64,000 nt of DNA from an uncultured Muribaculaceae bacterium (GTDB taxonomy: Bacteria > Bacillota_I > Bacilli_A > RF39 > UBA660): assembly GCA_964600615.1 (NCBI GenBank), contig CAZRJK010000008.1, positions 32 through 64,031 on the forward strand. The letters are read 5' to 3'. Positions 52,315-63,044 of the stretch are shown piece by piece (positions within the stretch are counted from its first letter, which is position 1; each line of letters begins with the position of its first letter). A model generated the notes under the pieces. That model was given only the letters and a program-made list of their open reading frames with translations. It was not told the DNA's origin and ran no database searches. Position numbers and translations under genes: made by a program.

Positions 52315-52952
52315 TGGCTAATAAAATTTCAATTGTAAATTTAAATGGTGAAAAGGTAAAGGACAGAAATTTAAAGGATAACATTTGGGGGATTACTCCT
52401 AATGATGCTGTACTTCATAATGCTGTTGTATTAAATATGGCTAATGCAAGACAAGCATCTGCTTCAACTAAGACAAGAAGTGAAGTTTCTGGTGGTGGAA
52501 GAAAGCCATGGAGACAAAAAGGAACTGGTAATGCTCGTCAAGGATCAATAAGAGCACCGCATTGGCGTGGTGGTGGAATTGTATTTGGACCTAACCCAAA
52601 TAGAAATTACACTAAGAAAATGAATAAGAAGGAAAGAAAGTTAGCTCTTAAGAGTGCTTTAGCTTATAAAGTTATTGATAAAGAGTTAATCGTAGTTGAA
52701 GATATTAAATTTAAAACTAATAAAACTCGTGAAATGGTTGAATTGTTAAGTAAACTTAATGTTCGCGATAATAAAGTATTAGTAGTAGTTAGTGAACTAA
52801 CTGAAAACGTATGTTTAGCTGCTAGAAATTTAGCTAATGTTAAGTTAGTTACTTTTGAAAAAGTAAATGCTTATGATTTAGTTAGTGCAGATAATATGTT
52901 AATTGAAGTTAGTGCACTTGATAAATTAGAGGAGGTGCTATCTCGTGAATAA
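52314..52952 (+). CDS. rplD: 50S ribosomal protein L4
   Basis: GGGRKPWRQKGTGNARQGSIRAPHWRGGG motif. Confidence 0.97.
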   Translation: MANKISIVNLNGEKVKDRNLKDNIWGITPNDAVLHNAVVLNMANARQASASTKTRSEVSGGGRKPWRQKGTGNARQGSIRAPHWRGGGIVFGPNPNRNYTKKMNKKERKLALKSALAYKVIDKELIVVEDIKFKTNKTREMVELLSKLNVRDNKVLVVVSELTENVCLAARNLANVKLVTFEKVNAYDLVSADNMLIEVSALDKLEEVLSRE

Positions 52953-53220
52953 TTATGATATTATTTTTGCACCTGTTATTACAGAGAAGAGTGCTTCTAT
53001 GGAAGCAGAAGGTAAATATGTTTTTAAGGTAGATGTTAGAGCTAATAAAATGCAAATTAAACAAGCTATCGAAAAATTATTTAATGTTAAAGTAGAAAGT
53101 GTTAATACTATGAATACTCATCCTAAGGATCGTAGAGTGGGTAAATATAGTGGTAAAACAAATAGATATAAGAAAGCTATTGTTAAATTAGCTAACGGTA
53201 GTACTATTAGTTTTGATTAA
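52945..53220 (+). CDS. rplW: 50S ribosomal protein L23
   Basis: DIIFAPVITEKS...FKVD pattern; operon order. Confidence 0.95.
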   Translation: MNNYDIIFAPVITEKSASMEAEGKYVFKVDVRANKMQIKQAIEKLFNVKVESVNTMNTHPKDRRVGKYSGKTNRYKKAIVKLANGSTISFD

Positions 53221-53235
53221 TAAGGAGGAAATGAC

Positions 53236-54069
53236 ATGGCAATAAGAGTATTAAAACCAAATACAAATGCTCAAAGAAATATGAGCTATTTGAAAAGTGA
53301 TGAAATTACTAAGACTACTCCTGAAAAAAGTTTAGTTGTAACTACTAATAAGACTAATGGTCGTAATAACCAAGGTAGAATTACTGTTAGACATCGTGGT
53401 GGCGGTGTTAAGAGAAAATATCGTTTGGTTGATTTCAAGAGAGTTAAGGATGGCGTAACTGCTGTTGTTAAGGGTATTGAGTATGATCCTAATAGAAGTG
53501 CTAATATTGCATTAATATATTATAAGGATGGTACTAAATCTTATATTCTTGCTCCAAAAGAATTGAGTGTTGGAGCTGTTGTTGAATCTGGTACTAAAAC
53601 TGATGTTAAAGTTGGTAATGCTATGGAAATTATGAATATTCCAGTTGGTACTGTAATTCACAATATTGAACTTAGACCTGGTAAAGGTGGTCAACTTGCT
53701 AGAAGTGCTGGAAATAGTGCTCAAATATTGGGACGTGAAGGTAAGTATGTTTTAGTTAGACTTGCTAGTGGAGAAACTAGAAAAATCTTAGGTACTTGTC
53801 GTGCTACTATTGGTACTGTAGGTAATGAAGATTATTCGTTAGTTAAAGTTGGTAAAGCTGGTCGTAAGAGACATATGGGTATTAGACCAACTGTTCGTGG
53901 TTCTGTTATGAATCCTAATGATCACCCTCATGGTGGTGGTGAAGGTAGAGCTCCAGTTGGTAGAAGTGGACCAATGACTCCATGGGGTAAACCTGCTTTG
54001 GGATATAAGACTAGAAAGAATAAGAAAGAATCAGATAAATATATCTTGACTCGTCGTAATAAAAAATAA
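53236..54069 (+). CDS. rplB: 50S ribosomal protein L2
   Basis: [19 protein letters not shown] motif. Confidence 0.98.
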   Translation: MAIRVLKPNTNAQRNMSYLKSDEITKTTPEKSLVVTTNKTNGRNNQGRITVRHRGGGVKRKYRLVDFKRVKDGVTAVVKGIEYDPNRSANIALIYYKDGTKSYILAPKELSVGAVVESGTKTDVKVGNAMEIMNIPVGTVIHNIELRPGKGGQLARSAGNSAQILGREGKYVLVRLASGETRKILGTCRATIGTVGNEDYSLVKVGKAGRKRHMGIRPTVRGSVMNPNDHPHGGGEGRAPVGRSGPMTPWGKPALGYKTRKNKKESDKYILTRRNKK

Positions 54070-54088
54070 AGAAAGGATTGAATTTTAA

Positions 54089-54361
54089 ATGGCAAGAAGT
54101 TTAAAGAAAGGACCTTTTGTAGAAGGTAGTTTAATGAAAAAGGTTCAAATGTTAAATGAATCTGGAAAAAAAGAAGTTGTAAAAACTTGGTCTCGTCGTT
54201 CAACAATTTATCCTGATTTTATTGGACACACTTTTGCAGTACATAATGGTAAAGAATTTATTCCAGTTTATGTTACTGAAGATATGGTAGGACATAAATT
54301 AGGTGAGTTCTCTATGACTCGTAAATTTGGTGGACACGGCGCATCAAAGACTGAGGATTAA
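54089..54361 (+). CDS. rpsS: 30S ribosomal protein S19
   Basis: [11 protein letters not shown]...[23 protein letters not shown]. Confidence 0.98.
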   Translation: MARSLKKGPFVEGSLMKKVQMLNESGKKEVVKTWSRRSTIYPDFIGHTFAVHNGKEFIPVYVTEDMVGHKLGEFSMTRKFGGHGASKTED

Positions 54362-54378
54362 ATTAAGGAGGCGTGATG

Positions 54379-54723
54379 ATGGAGAAGACTGAAGTTAGAG
54401 CAGTATTAAAAACTGTTAGAATAGCTCCTCGTAAAACAAGATTAATTATTGATTTAATCAGAGGAAAAAATGTTGATGAAGCTAAAGCTATTTTAGCTAA
54501 TCAACCACAAAGAGCTGCTAGAGTAATTGAGAAGGTATTAAATTCTGCAATTGCTAATGCAGTTAATAATCATGAATTTGAAGAAGAAAAATTATATGTA
54601 AAGACTTGTTATGTTGATGAATCTATTGTAATGAAAAGAGCAAAGATGGATTCTCGTGGACATGTTGGTAGAAATGACCATAAGACTAGTCATATTACAA
54701 TAATTGTTGGTAGTAGAGAATAA
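54379..54723 (+). CDS. rplV: 50S ribosomal protein L22
   Basis: [18 protein letters not shown]. The start is ambiguous among GTG 54373, ATG 54376 and ATG 54379. Confidence 0.95.
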   Translation: MEKTEVRAVLKTVRIAPRKTRLIIDLIRGKNVDEAKAILANQPQRAARVIEKVLNSAIANAVNNHEFEEEKLYVKTCYVDESIVMKRAKMDSRGHVGRNDHKTSHITIIVGSRE

Positions 54724-54743
54724 TTAGTAAAGGAGGATTAGTT

Positions 54744-55412
54744 ATGGGACAAAAAGTTAGTCCAGTGGGACTTAGAATTGGCATAAATAAAGACTGGGAA
54801 AGTAAATGGTATGCTGATAAGAAAGAATTTTCTAAGTATCTTAATAATGATGTTAAGGTTCGTAAGTATTTAGAAAAGAAATTTGCTTCTAGTGGTATTT
54901 CTTCAGTTGTTATTGAGAGAAAAAACTCTAGATGTGAAGTTATTATGTATGTTGCTAAACCTGGTTTAGTTATTGGCCAAAATGGTAGCGAAATTGAAAA
55001 TGTTAAGAAATATCTTTCTAAGTTAGTTAAAGAAGATGTTCAAATTTCTGTAATAGAAGTTAAGAATCCTGATTTAAATGCTAAGTTAGTTGCTGAAAGT
55101 ATTGCTCATAATATTGAAAATCGTGTATCATTTAGAGTAGCACAAAAGAAAGCTATTAGAAATACTATGAAGGCTGGAGCTATGGGTATTAAAACTTTAG
55201 TTTCTGGTCGTTTAGGTGGAGCAGATATAGCTAGAAGTGAAGGTTATTCTGACGGAACAACTCCACTACATACTTTGAGAGCTGATATTGATTATGCTCA
55301 CAGTGAAGCTAATACTACTTATGGTAAGATTGGTGTAAAAGTATGGATATATAAGGGTGAAATTTTAGACAAAAAGGGAGGTAATTCTCATGTTGATGCC
55401 AAAAAGAACTAA
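54744..55412 (+). CDS. rpsC: 30S ribosomal protein S3
   Basis: [13 protein letters not shown]...; KH and S3-C domains. Confidence 0.98.
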   Translation: MGQKVSPVGLRIGINKDWESKWYADKKEFSKYLNNDVKVRKYLEKKFASSGISSVVIERKNSRCEVIMYVAKPGLVIGQNGSEIENVKKYLSKLVKEDVQISVIEVKNPDLNAKLVAESIAHNIENRVSFRVAQKKAIRNTMKAGAMGIKTLVSGRLGGADIARSEGYSDGTTPLHTLRADIDYAHSEANTTYGKIGVKVWIYKGEILDKKGGNSHVDAKKN

Positions 55413-55821
55413 ACATAGAAAAACTTTCCGTATTAGATATGATGGAAGAGCACGTGGTAATACTGAGCTTCACTTTGGTTCATATGGTCTTATGGCTAAA
55501 GAGGGAGCTTGGATTACAGCAAATCAAATCGAAGCTGCTCGTGTTGCTATGACTAGATTTATGAAACGTGGTGGAAAGGTATGGGTTAATATTTTCCCTC
55601 AACTTTCATTAACTAAAAAACCTTTGGAAACTCGTCAAGGTAAAGGTAAAGGTGAACCTGAAGTATGGGTTGCTGTTGTTAAAAAAGGTAAAATTTTATT
55701 TGAATTAGATGAAGTAACTGAGGATGTAGCTAGAGAAGCTTTAAGACTTGCATCTCATAAGTTACCAATTAAATGTTCTTTTGTAAAAAAAGAGGAAAGT
55801 GGTGATAAGAATGAAAACTAA
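55390..55821 (+). CDS. rplP: 50S ribosomal protein L16
   Basis: [11 protein letters not shown]... Confidence 0.98.
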   Translation: MLMPKRTKHRKTFRIRYDGRARGNTELHFGSYGLMAKEGAWITANQIEAARVAMTRFMKRGGKVWVNIFPQLSLTKKPLETRQGKGKGEPEVWVAVVKKGKILFELDEVTEDVAREALRLASHKLPIKCSFVKKEESGDKNEN

Positions 55822-56005
55822 AGATATTAGAGAGTTAACCACTGAAGAAATTAATAAGAAAATAGTTGAATCTAAGGAAGAGATACTAAAGTTAAGATTT
55901 AAACAAGCTACTGGTAGTTTGGAAAATCCAGCTCGTATTCATGAACTTAGAAAGTTTGTTGCAAGACTTAAGACTGTTCTTAGAGAAAGAGAATTAGAAG
56001 GTTAA
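55811..56005 (+). CDS. rpmC: 50S ribosomal protein L29
   Basis: [18 protein letters not shown]...; internal ATG preferred over the track's GTG start. Confidence 0.93.
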   Translation: MKTKDIRELTTEEINKKIVESKEEILKLRFKQATGSLENPARIHELRKFVARLKTVLRERELEG

Positions 56006-56019
56006 AGGAGGACTTGCTT

Positions 56020-56280
56020 ATGAATGAGAATAAAAAACGTGAATTAATTGGTGTTGTTGTAAGTGATAAAGCTGATAAAACAATAACTGTTAAGGTAGAA
56101 ACTTATAAAATGAATCCAATTTATAAAAAGAGAGTAAAATATTCTAAAAAATATGCTGCTCACGATCCTGAAAATAAGGCTCATGTTGGTGACAAGGTTA
56201 AACTTGTTATGTCTAGACCTTTGTCTAAAACAAAAAGATATGAGTTAGTTGAGGTTGTTGAAAAGGCTGTTATTTTATAA
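56020..56280 (+). CDS. rpsQ: 30S ribosomal protein S17
   Basis: [17 protein letters not shown]...; ATG 56020 lies 9 nt after aaggagg. Confidence 0.95.
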   Translation: MNENKKRELIGVVVSDKADKTITVKVETYKMNPIYKKRVKYSKKYAAHDPENKAHVGDKVKLVMSRPLSKTKRYELVEVVEKAVIL

Positions 56281-56310
56281 TATCTCTTTATATTGGAAGG
56301 AGGAAATTAA

Positions 56311-56679
56311 ATGATACAACAGGAAAGTCGTTTAAAAGTTGCTGATAACTGTGGAGCTCGTGAATTATTAGTAATTAGAGTTCTTGGTGGAAGTAAAGTT
56401 AGAACTGCAAACATTGGTGATGTTGTAGTTGGTACTGTAAAGAAAGCTACTCCTAATGGTACTGTTGAAAAAGGTAAAGTTGTTAAGGCAGTTATCGTTA
56501 GAAGTAAGTATGGTGTAAGAAGAGAAGATGGAAGTTATATCAAATTTGATGATAATGCATGTGTATTAATTAGAGATGATAAAACTCCAGTCGGAACTCG
56601 TGTTTTGGGACCTGTAGCACGTGAACTTAGAGATAAAGGATATATGAAAATAGTTAGCTTGGCTAAAGATGTGTTATAG
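56311..56679 (+). CDS. rplN: 50S ribosomal protein L14
   Basis: [16 protein letters not shown]... Confidence 0.98.
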   Translation: MIQQESRLKVADNCGARELLVIRVLGGSKVRTANIGDVVVGTVKKATPNGTVEKGKVVKAVIVRSKYGVRREDGSYIKFDDNACVLIRDDKTPVGTRVLGPVARELRDKGYMKIVSLAKDVL

Positions 56680-56706
56680 TTTCTGAATGTTAAAGGAGGA
56701 ATACTT

Positions 56707-57036
56707 ATGAAAATTAAAACTGGTGATAAAGTTACTGTTATAGCTGGTGCTAATAAAGGTAAAGACGGTAAAGTTATCAAGGTATTAGGTGATAAAGTTA
56801 TTATTGAGGGCGTTAATATTGTTACTAAGCATATTAAACCTAAGAATAATAATGGTAATGGAGAAATAGTTAAGACTGAAGCTCCTATACATAGATCTAA
56901 TGTTAAAGTAGTTGAAAGTGTTAAGGCTAAGACTACTACTAAGAAAAAAGAAACTAAAAAAGTTGAAAAAACAGAAAAAAAAGAAGTAAAGAAAAGTACA
57001 AAGAAAAGTACTAAGAAAGCTAAAGAAGAAAAGTAA
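56707..57036 (+). CDS. rplX: 50S ribosomal protein L24 with a lysine-rich low-complexity C-terminus
   Basis: MKIKTGDKVTVIAGANKGKDGKV (KOW motif). Confidence 0.95.
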   Translation: MKIKTGDKVTVIAGANKGKDGKVIKVLGDKVIIEGVNIVTKHIKPKNNNGNGEIVKTEAPIHRSNVKVVESVKAKTTTKKKETKKVEKTEKKEVKKSTKKSTKKAKEEK

Positions 57037-57075
57037 TTAGATAGCTAATTGATTTGGAAGGAGGGTGGATTATTT

Positions 57076-57615
57076 ATGAACCGCCTAGAAGAAAAATATA
57101 AAACTAAAGTTGTTCCAAGTTTAAAATCTAAATATAACTATAGTACAGTTATGATGGTTCCAAGAATTGAAAAAATAGTTGTTAATATGGGAGTAGGAGA
57201 TGCTACTTTGAATTCTAAGTTATTAGATGCAGCTATTTCTGATTTGGAAAAGATTACTGGATTAAAACCTGTTGCTACAACAGCTAAAAAATCTATTGCT
57301 GGATTTAAGTTAAGAGCAGGTAATAAGATTGGTTGTAAGGTAACTTTAAGAGGAGAAAGAATGTATACTTTCTTAGATAAGTTAATTTCTGTATCTTTAC
57401 CTAATGTTAGGGATTTTAGAGGATTATCTCCAAGAAGTTTTGATGGTAGAGGTAATTATACTATTGGTATTAAAGAACAATTAATATTCCCTGAAATAAA
57501 CTTTGATGAAGTTGTTAAGGTAAGAGGTATGGATATTGTTATTGTAACAAGTGCTAAAAATAATGAGGAAGCTTATGATTTATTAAAAGAACTTGGAGTT
57601 CCTTTTAGGAAATAG
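57076..57615 (+). CDS. rplE: 50S ribosomal protein L5
   Basis: [14 protein letters not shown]...; internal ATG after SD ggaaggaggg. Confidence 0.97.
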   Translation: MNRLEEKYKTKVVPSLKSKYNYSTVMMVPRIEKIVVNMGVGDATLNSKLLDAAISDLEKITGLKPVATTAKKSIAGFKLRAGNKIGCKVTLRGERMYTFLDKLISVSLPNVRDFRGLSPRSFDGRGNYTIGIKEQLIFPEINFDEVVKVRGMDIVIVTSAKNNEEAYDLLKELGVPFRK

Positions 57616-57626
57616 GGAGGAATATA

Positions 57627-57812
57627 ATGGCAAAAAAGTCAATGATTGTTAAATCACAAAGAAAACCTAAATTTAAGGTTAGAGAATATACTAGATGTCA
57701 AAGATGTGGTAGACCACATGCTGTTATGAGTAAATTTGGTATTTGTCGTATTTGTTTTAGAGAATTAGCATATAAGGGACAAATTCCAGGTGTTAAAAAG
57801 TCAAGCTGGTAA
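57627..57812 (+). CDS. rpsZ: 30S ribosomal protein S14 type Z (zinc-binding, 61 aa)
   Basis: [10 protein letters not shown]...CRICFRE (CxxC...CxxC). Confidence 0.97.
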   Translation: MAKKSMIVKSQRKPKFKVREYTRCQRCGRPHAVMSKFGICRICFRELAYKGQIPGVKKSSW

Positions 57813-57832
57813 TTTAATTTTGGGGGATTAGA

Positions 57833-58333
57833 ATGAATTCAAAAGAGAAAGAGTTACTAAATGGAGTTTTATTTACTCCAAGCGGTGCTGCTAAAGTAAT
57901 AGTTTATTTGTATGATGCTCTTAAAGGAGAAAAAATAAATATAACTTATGAAGAGTATCAGGAACATCTTATTTTTAGTTCTATTCCTGAAGAAAGAAAG
58001 CAATTATTCTTTTTCGCAGGAGATTATGATAGTGAATTAATATGTGATATTCCTAAAAATGTTAGTTTTAATGAAAGAATATTGGCATTTGATTTTGTTT
58101 GTTGGGAATATGATCTTAAGGGTCCTATCGTTAAGAATTTAAATAAGATAACTCATAACAAGTTATTTTATAGTCGTACTACTTTTGATTATTTTAAAGA
58201 GATTGCTGAATGTTTTAATTATTTGGCAGGGATTCAAATTGAAAATAAACTATTAACTGATGAAGAATTAGTTGAATATGCTAAAGCTTTTGTTAATCAA
58301 AAAGGATATAAGAAAGCTTTAAAAAATAATTAG
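57833..58333 (+). CDS. Hypothetical 166-aa cytoplasmic protein inserted between S14 and S8 genes of the spc operon
   Basis: Clean ORF with SD-like ggggga 7 nt upstream. There is no terminator on either side, and it is visibly more AT-rich than the flanking r-protein genes. No motif recognised with confidence. Confidence 0.7.
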   Translation: MNSKEKELLNGVLFTPSGAAKVIVYLYDALKGEKINITYEEYQEHLIFSSIPEERKQLFFFAGDYDSELICDIPKNVSFNERILAFDFVCWEYDLKGPIVKNLNKITHNKLFYSRTTFDYFKEIAECFNYLAGIQIENKLLTDEELVEYAKAFVNQKGYKKALKNN

Positions 58334-58359
58334 TTTAAAACTAAAGAAGGAGGGATTTT

Positions 58360-58752
58360 ATGACAGATCCAATCGCAGATATGCTTACTAGAATTCGTAA
58401 TGCTAATCGTAATCGTGCAAAGACTGTAACTATGCCATCTTCTAAAATGAAAGAGCAGATAGCTACTATTTTAAAGGATGAAGGTTATATTACTAATTTT
58501 AGTGTAAAGAAAAATGATGTTCAAAATATCTTAACATTAACTTTAAAATATGCTGATAATAAAGAAAGAGTTATTACTGGACTTAAGAGAATTTCTAAAC
58601 CAGGTTTAAGAGTTTATGCTACGGCTTCAGAAATTCCTTATGTATTAAATGGATTAGGAATAGCTATTATTTCAACACCAAAAGGAGTTATGACTGATAA
58701 GTTAGCTCGTAAGAATAATGTTGGTGGAGAAGTTATAGCATATATCTGGTAA
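58360..58752 (+). CDS. rpsH: 30S ribosomal protein S8
   Basis: [15 protein letters not shown]... Confidence 0.98.
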   Translation: MTDPIADMLTRIRNANRNRAKTVTMPSSKMKEQIATILKDEGYITNFSVKKNDVQNILTLTLKYADNKERVITGLKRISKPGLRVYATASEIPYVLNGLGIAIISTPKGVMTDKLARKNNVGGEVIAYIW

Positions 58753-58764
58753 TGGAGGAACAAT

Positions 58765-59304
58765 ATGAGTCGTATAGGTAAAAGAGTTTTGACAATACCA
58801 GCAGGTGTTAATGTTAATTTTGATGAACATGTATTGACAGTTAAGGGACCTAAGGGAGAATTAACTTTAAATATTATTCCTGATTTAGATATTAAAATTG
58901 ATGGAACTGAATTAACTGTTGTTAAATTAAATGAAAATAGTCATACTAGTGTAATGCAAGGAACTACTAATTCTAATATTGAGAATATGATAGTTGGTGT
59001 TACAGATGGTTATAAAAAAGAATTAGAAATTATTGGTGTAGGTTATCGTTTTAATGTAAAAGGTAAAGTTTTACAAGTACAAGATGGTAAATCTCACCTA
59101 GATACTTTAGATATTCCTGAAGGTATTTCTGTTAAGGCAACTAGTAATACAGAAATTGAATTATCAGGAATTGATAAGTGTGCGTTAGGTCAATTTGCGG
59201 CTGAAATTAGATCTTTAAGAAAGCCTGAACCTTATAAGGGTAAAGGAATTCGTTATAAAGGTGAATTTGTTCGTCGTAAAGAAGGAAAGAAAGCATCTAA
59301 ATAA
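58765..59304 (+). CDS. rplF: 50S ribosomal protein L6
   Basis: MSRIGKRVLTIPAGV... Confidence 0.98.
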   Translation: MSRIGKRVLTIPAGVNVNFDEHVLTVKGPKGELTLNIIPDLDIKIDGTELTVVKLNENSHTSVMQGTTNSNIENMIVGVTDGYKKELEIIGVGYRFNVKGKVLQVQDGKSHLDTLDIPEGISVKATSNTEIELSGIDKCALGQFAAEIRSLRKPEPYKGKGIRYKGEFVRRKEGKKASK

Positions 59305-59320
59305 AGGAGTGTGAAAATTT

Positions 59321-59683
59321 ATGATTAATAAAGTTTCAAGAAATGCTATGCGTTTAGAAAGACACAAAAGAATTAGAACTGATTTAAGTGGTACTACTAC
59401 TAGACCTAGACTTAGTGTGTTTAGATCAAACGCTAATATTACAGCTCAAATAATTGATGATACTAAGGGTGTTACTTTAGTTAGTGCTTCTACTTTAGAG
59501 AAAGAATTAAAGATAAAGAATGGTGGTAATGTAGAGGCTGCTAAGGTAATAGGTGCTGAAATTGCTAAGAGAGCTAAAAAAGCTAAAATTAAGGAAGTTG
59601 TTTTTGATAGAGGTGGATATTTATATCACGGTCGTGTTAAAGCTTTGGCAGAAGCTGCACGTGAAAACGGCTTAGAATTCTAA
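59321..59683 (+). CDS. rplR: 50S ribosomal protein L18
   Basis: [18 protein letters not shown]...[22 protein letters not shown]. Confidence 0.98.
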   Translation: MINKVSRNAMRLERHKRIRTDLSGTTTRPRLSVFRSNANITAQIIDDTKGVTLVSASTLEKELKIKNGGNVEAAKVIGAEIAKRAKKAKIKEVVFDRGGYLYHGRVKALAEAARENGLEF

Positions 59684-59698
59684 TAAGGAGGAAAACTT

Positions 59699-60307
59699 AT
59701 GAGCGAAGAAAATATTAAGAACGAGGTTGCTAACGAAACTAAAGATACTTCAGTTAAAACTAATAAAACTGATAAGAAAGTTAATAATAGAAAACCTCGT
59801 CGTAATAATAATTTTTCTAGACAAAAAAGTGATCTAGAAGATAAAGTAATCGATATTAATCGTGTTACTAAGGTTGTTAAGGGTGGTCGTCAATTTCGTT
59901 TTTCTGCTACTGTTGTTGTTGGTAACAGAAAGGGTAAAGTTGGTTTAGGTACTGGTAAAGCTAAAGAGATGCCAGATGCTGTTAAAAAGGCTACTCAAGC
60001 AGCTAGTAAAAACCTAATCAATATTGAATTAATAGATAATCGTACTATTTCTCATGAAATTATTTCTAAAGAAGGTGCGGTAAGAGTAATGTTAAAGCCT
60101 GCTGCTGAAGGTACTGGTGTTAAAGCTGGTGGACCTGTTAGAGATGTTTTAGAGCTTGCAGGTGTTAAAGATGTCCTTTCAAAGAGTCTTGGTTCAAGTA
60201 CTAAGATTAATACTGCTAGAGCTACATTAAAAGCTTTAAAAGAGCAAAAGAGTCCATCTCATGTTGCAGCTTTAAGAGGAAAAACTATAGAGGAGATTAG
60301 AGGATAA
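59699..60307 (+). CDS. rpsE: 30S ribosomal protein S5 with a ~40-aa K/N-rich N-terminal extension
   Basis: [24 protein letters not shown]... Confidence 0.97.
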   Translation: MSEENIKNEVANETKDTSVKTNKTDKKVNNRKPRRNNNFSRQKSDLEDKVIDINRVTKVVKGGRQFRFSATVVVGNRKGKVGLGTGKAKEMPDAVKKATQAASKNLINIELIDNRTISHEIISKEGAVRVMLKPAAEGTGVKAGGPVRDVLELAGVKDVLSKSLGSSTKINTARATLKALKEQKSPSHVAALRGKTIEEIRG

Positions 60308-60744
60308 TGAAGTTACATGAATTAAAACCGGCTTATGGTTCTACACAATCTAAGAAAAGAGTAGGTCGTGGAGGAAAATATAGTAAGACAGCTGGTAAAG
60401 GTGAAAAAGGACAAAATGCTAGATCTGGTGGCGGAGTAAGACCAGGTTTTGAAGGTGGACAATTACCATTATTTAGAAGATTAGGTAAAAGAGGATTTTC
60501 TAACGCAAGATTTAAAACTGTATTTGCTTGTGTTAATGTATCTGATTTAAATAGATTTGATGAAAATACAGTAGTAACTCCAGAATTATTAATTGAATCT
60601 GGATTAATTGGTAAAGAATTAAATGGAATAAAAATTTTAGGAAATGGGGAATTATCTAAGAAGCTTACTGTTCGTGCTAATAAATTTTCAACTAGTGCTA
60701 AGGCTAAGATAGAAAAAATTGGTGGAAAAACAGAGGTGATTTAG
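60307..60744 (+). CDS. rplO: 50S ribosomal protein L15
   Basis: [12 protein letters not shown]...[17 protein letters not shown]. It starts on the rpsE stop codon, so there is no rpmD in between. Confidence 0.97.
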   Translation: MKLHELKPAYGSTQSKKRVGRGGKYSKTAGKGEKGQNARSGGGVRPGFEGGQLPLFRRLGKRGFSNARFKTVFACVNVSDLNRFDENTVVTPELLIESGLIGKELNGIKILGNGELSKKLTVRANKFSTSAKAKIEKIGGKTEVI

Positions 60745-62001
60745 ATGTTTAAGAATCTTAAACTTATTTTTAGTCCAAAGAATAAAGATATAAGAAAGAG
60801 ATTAGGATTTACATTATTTTGTTTATTTATATTTATAGTAGGTACTACAATACCTGTACCTGGTATTACATCTTTAAAGAATGTTGATTTTGGTGATTTA
60901 GCTAATGCTATTACTGGTGGATCTTTAAGAAGATTTTCTATATTTGCGTTAGGGGTTATGCCTTATATTTCTGCAACTATTATTACTAGTTTGTTGCAGA
61001 TGGATATTTTACCTTATTTTACAGAACTTAAGGAAAGTGGTGCTCAAGGTAGACAAAAGATAAATACTATAAATAGATATTTAGGAATTGGAATTGCCTT
61101 TATAGAGGGCTTTGGTATGTCATTTGCTCTTGTTAATGATGCAACTGCTATAGATTATTTAAGAATTACTATTATATTAGTGGCTGGTACAGCATTCTTA
61201 TTATGGTTAGGTGATCAAATGACACAGAAGGGTATTGGTAATGGAATATCTTTAATCATAATGGCTGGTATACTTGCTACGATACCTAAATCTTTTGTTG
61301 ATACTTTTAATGTATTGATATTAGATAATAAATCATTATTTTTAGGAATAGTAGAATTTGCTGTATTTGTATTAATATATTTAGCTATAATTGTTTTAGT
61401 TGTATTTGTACAAGAGTCTGAAAGACGTATTCCAATTCAATATTCTAATCAAACTGCTACATCTTATGGAGCTAAACAAAACTATATACCATTTAAACTT
61501 AATAGTGCTAATGTTATGCCAGTAATATTTGCTTCTGTTGTGTTTACGGTTCCTACTTTTATTGCTAGTCTTATAAAGAGTGAGAATGGTTTTGTTACTT
61601 TTGTAAATAAGTATGTTAATTATACTACTCCTACAGGATTTGCTGTATATATGGTATTGATTATTGCATTTAGTTTCTTATATACATTTATTCAGGTAAA
61701 TCCTTCAGAATTATCTAAGAATTTATCTAGACAAGGGGGATATATCCCAGGGGTAAGACCTGGTAAGGAAACTATTAAATATATTAAGACTGTTTTAGGA
61801 AGAATAACTTTAATTGGTTCATTATTTATTGCTGTTATAGCGGGTCTTCCTATTGTTGTATCTAGTTTCTTATCTACTAATTTACCAACTAGTGTTAGTA
61901 TTGGTGGTACTAGTATTTTAATCGTTGTTGGTGTAGCTTTAGAGACTTGTAGACAATTAGAAAGTAGTCTAATTAATAGAAATTATGGAAGAAGGGGATA
62001 A
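60745..62001 (+). CDS. secY: Preprotein translocase subunit SecY
   Basis: 10-TM pattern; GIGNGISLIIMAGI motif. Confidence 0.97.
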   Translation: MFKNLKLIFSPKNKDIRKRLGFTLFCLFIFIVGTTIPVPGITSLKNVDFGDLANAITGGSLRRFSIFALGVMPYISATIITSLLQMDILPYFTELKESGAQGRQKINTINRYLGIGIAFIEGFGMSFALVNDATAIDYLRITIILVAGTAFLLWLGDQMTQKGIGNGISLIIMAGILATIPKSFVDTFNVLILDNKSLFLGIVEFAVFVLIYLAIIVLVVFVQESERRIPIQYSNQTATSYGAKQNYIPFKLNSANVMPVIFASVVFTVPTFIASLIKSENGFVTFVNKYVNYTTPTGFAVYMVLIIAFSFLYTFIQVNPSELSKNLSRQGGYIPGVRPGKETIKYIKTVLGRITLIGSLFIAVIAGLPIVVSSFLSTNLPTSVSIGGTSILIVVGVALETCRQLESSLINRNYGRRG

Positions 62002-62004
62002 ATT

Positions 62005-62664
62005 ATGAAGAATATTATTTTTATAGCACCTCCGGGTGCTGGTAAAGGTACTCAAGCTAAGTTAATTAGTGATACTTATAATATTCCTCATATTTCTACT
62101 GGTGATTTACTTCGTGATGAGAGGAATTCTGGTAGTGAGCTTAGTGAGATGCTTAAAGCGGAAATGGATAAAGGTAATTTAATAGATAATAGTATTATTG
62201 TTAAATTATTAAGAGCTAGACTTAATAAGGTTGATTGTAATAATGGTTATATATTAGATGGTTATCCTAGAAGTATAGAACAATCTAAAATATATGAAGA
62301 TTTGTTATCTGAACTTAATAAAGATATGGGCGTTGTTATCTATATGGATATTGATAAGGATTTGGCACTTGAGAGAACATTAAGTAGATTAATTTGTTCT
62401 TCTTGTGGAGCTTCTTATAGTAGTGCTTCAGCTGAGTTAAAACCTAAGATAGATGGTATTTGTGATAGATGTGGTCATGCTCTTAGGTTAAGAGGAGATG
62501 ATACTCCAGAAGTTTTTTCTAATAGGTTTGATACTTATTTAAAAGAAACTAAACCTTTGATTGATTATTATAATTCTTTAGGAGTTTTAAAGACTATTAA
62601 GGTTGAAGCTAAGGATACAGCGCAAGATGTTTTTGATAAGATAATAAAAATAATAGGTGAATAA
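62005..62664 (+). CDS. adk: Adenylate kinase (zinc-lid type)
   Basis: GAGKGT P-loop; CSSCG...CDRCG lid. Confidence 0.97.
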   Translation: MKNIIFIAPPGAGKGTQAKLISDTYNIPHISTGDLLRDERNSGSELSEMLKAEMDKGNLIDNSIIVKLLRARLNKVDCNNGYILDGYPRSIEQSKIYEDLLSELNKDMGVVIYMDIDKDLALERTLSRLICSSCGASYSSASAELKPKIDGICDRCGHALRLRGDDTPEVFSNRFDTYLKETKPLIDYYNSLGVLKTIKVEAKDTAQDVFDKIIKIIGE

Positions 62665-62683
62665 TAACGAGGAGATGATTAGA

Positions 62684-62902
62684 TTGAGTAAAAATGATGT
62701 TATTGAAACCGAGGGTAAAGTAATTGATATTATTCCTGGTGGTAAATTCAAAGTTCTACTTGATGGTGGTCACATAGTAGAAGCCCATGTTTCTGGTAAA
62801 ATGCGCGTAAATAATATACGTATTTTACCAGGTGATAAAGTTATTATAGAAATGTCACCTTATGATTTAACACATGGGCGTATAGTATATAATAAGAAAT
62901 AG
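62684..62902 (+). CDS. infA: Translation initiation factor IF-1
   Basis: (L)[23 protein letters not shown]... A TTG start at 62684, 9 nt after gaggag, is preferred. The track's GTG 62657 overlaps adk. Confidence 0.93.
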   Translation: MSKNDVIETEGKVIDIIPGGKFKVLLDGGHIVEAHVSGKMRVNNIRILPGDKVIIEMSPYDLTHGRIVYNKK

Positions 62903-62913
62903 GAGGAATTAGA

Positions 62914-63027
62914 GTGAAAAGAAGAGCGTCAGTTAAACCTATTTGTGATAAATGCAAAGTAATAAAAAGAAATGGTAAAGTTATGGTTATTTGTGATAAT
63001 CCAAAACATAAGCAAACACAAGGTTAA
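62914..63027 (+). CDS. rpmJ: 50S ribosomal protein L36 (37 aa, zinc type); not in the ORF track
   Basis: GTG start after aggagg. Hand translation gives [37 protein letters not shown]. Confidence 0.95.
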   Translation: MKRRASVKPICDKCKVIKRNGKVMVICDNPKHKQTQG

Positions 63028-63044
63028 TAAGGAGGAATTAATTT

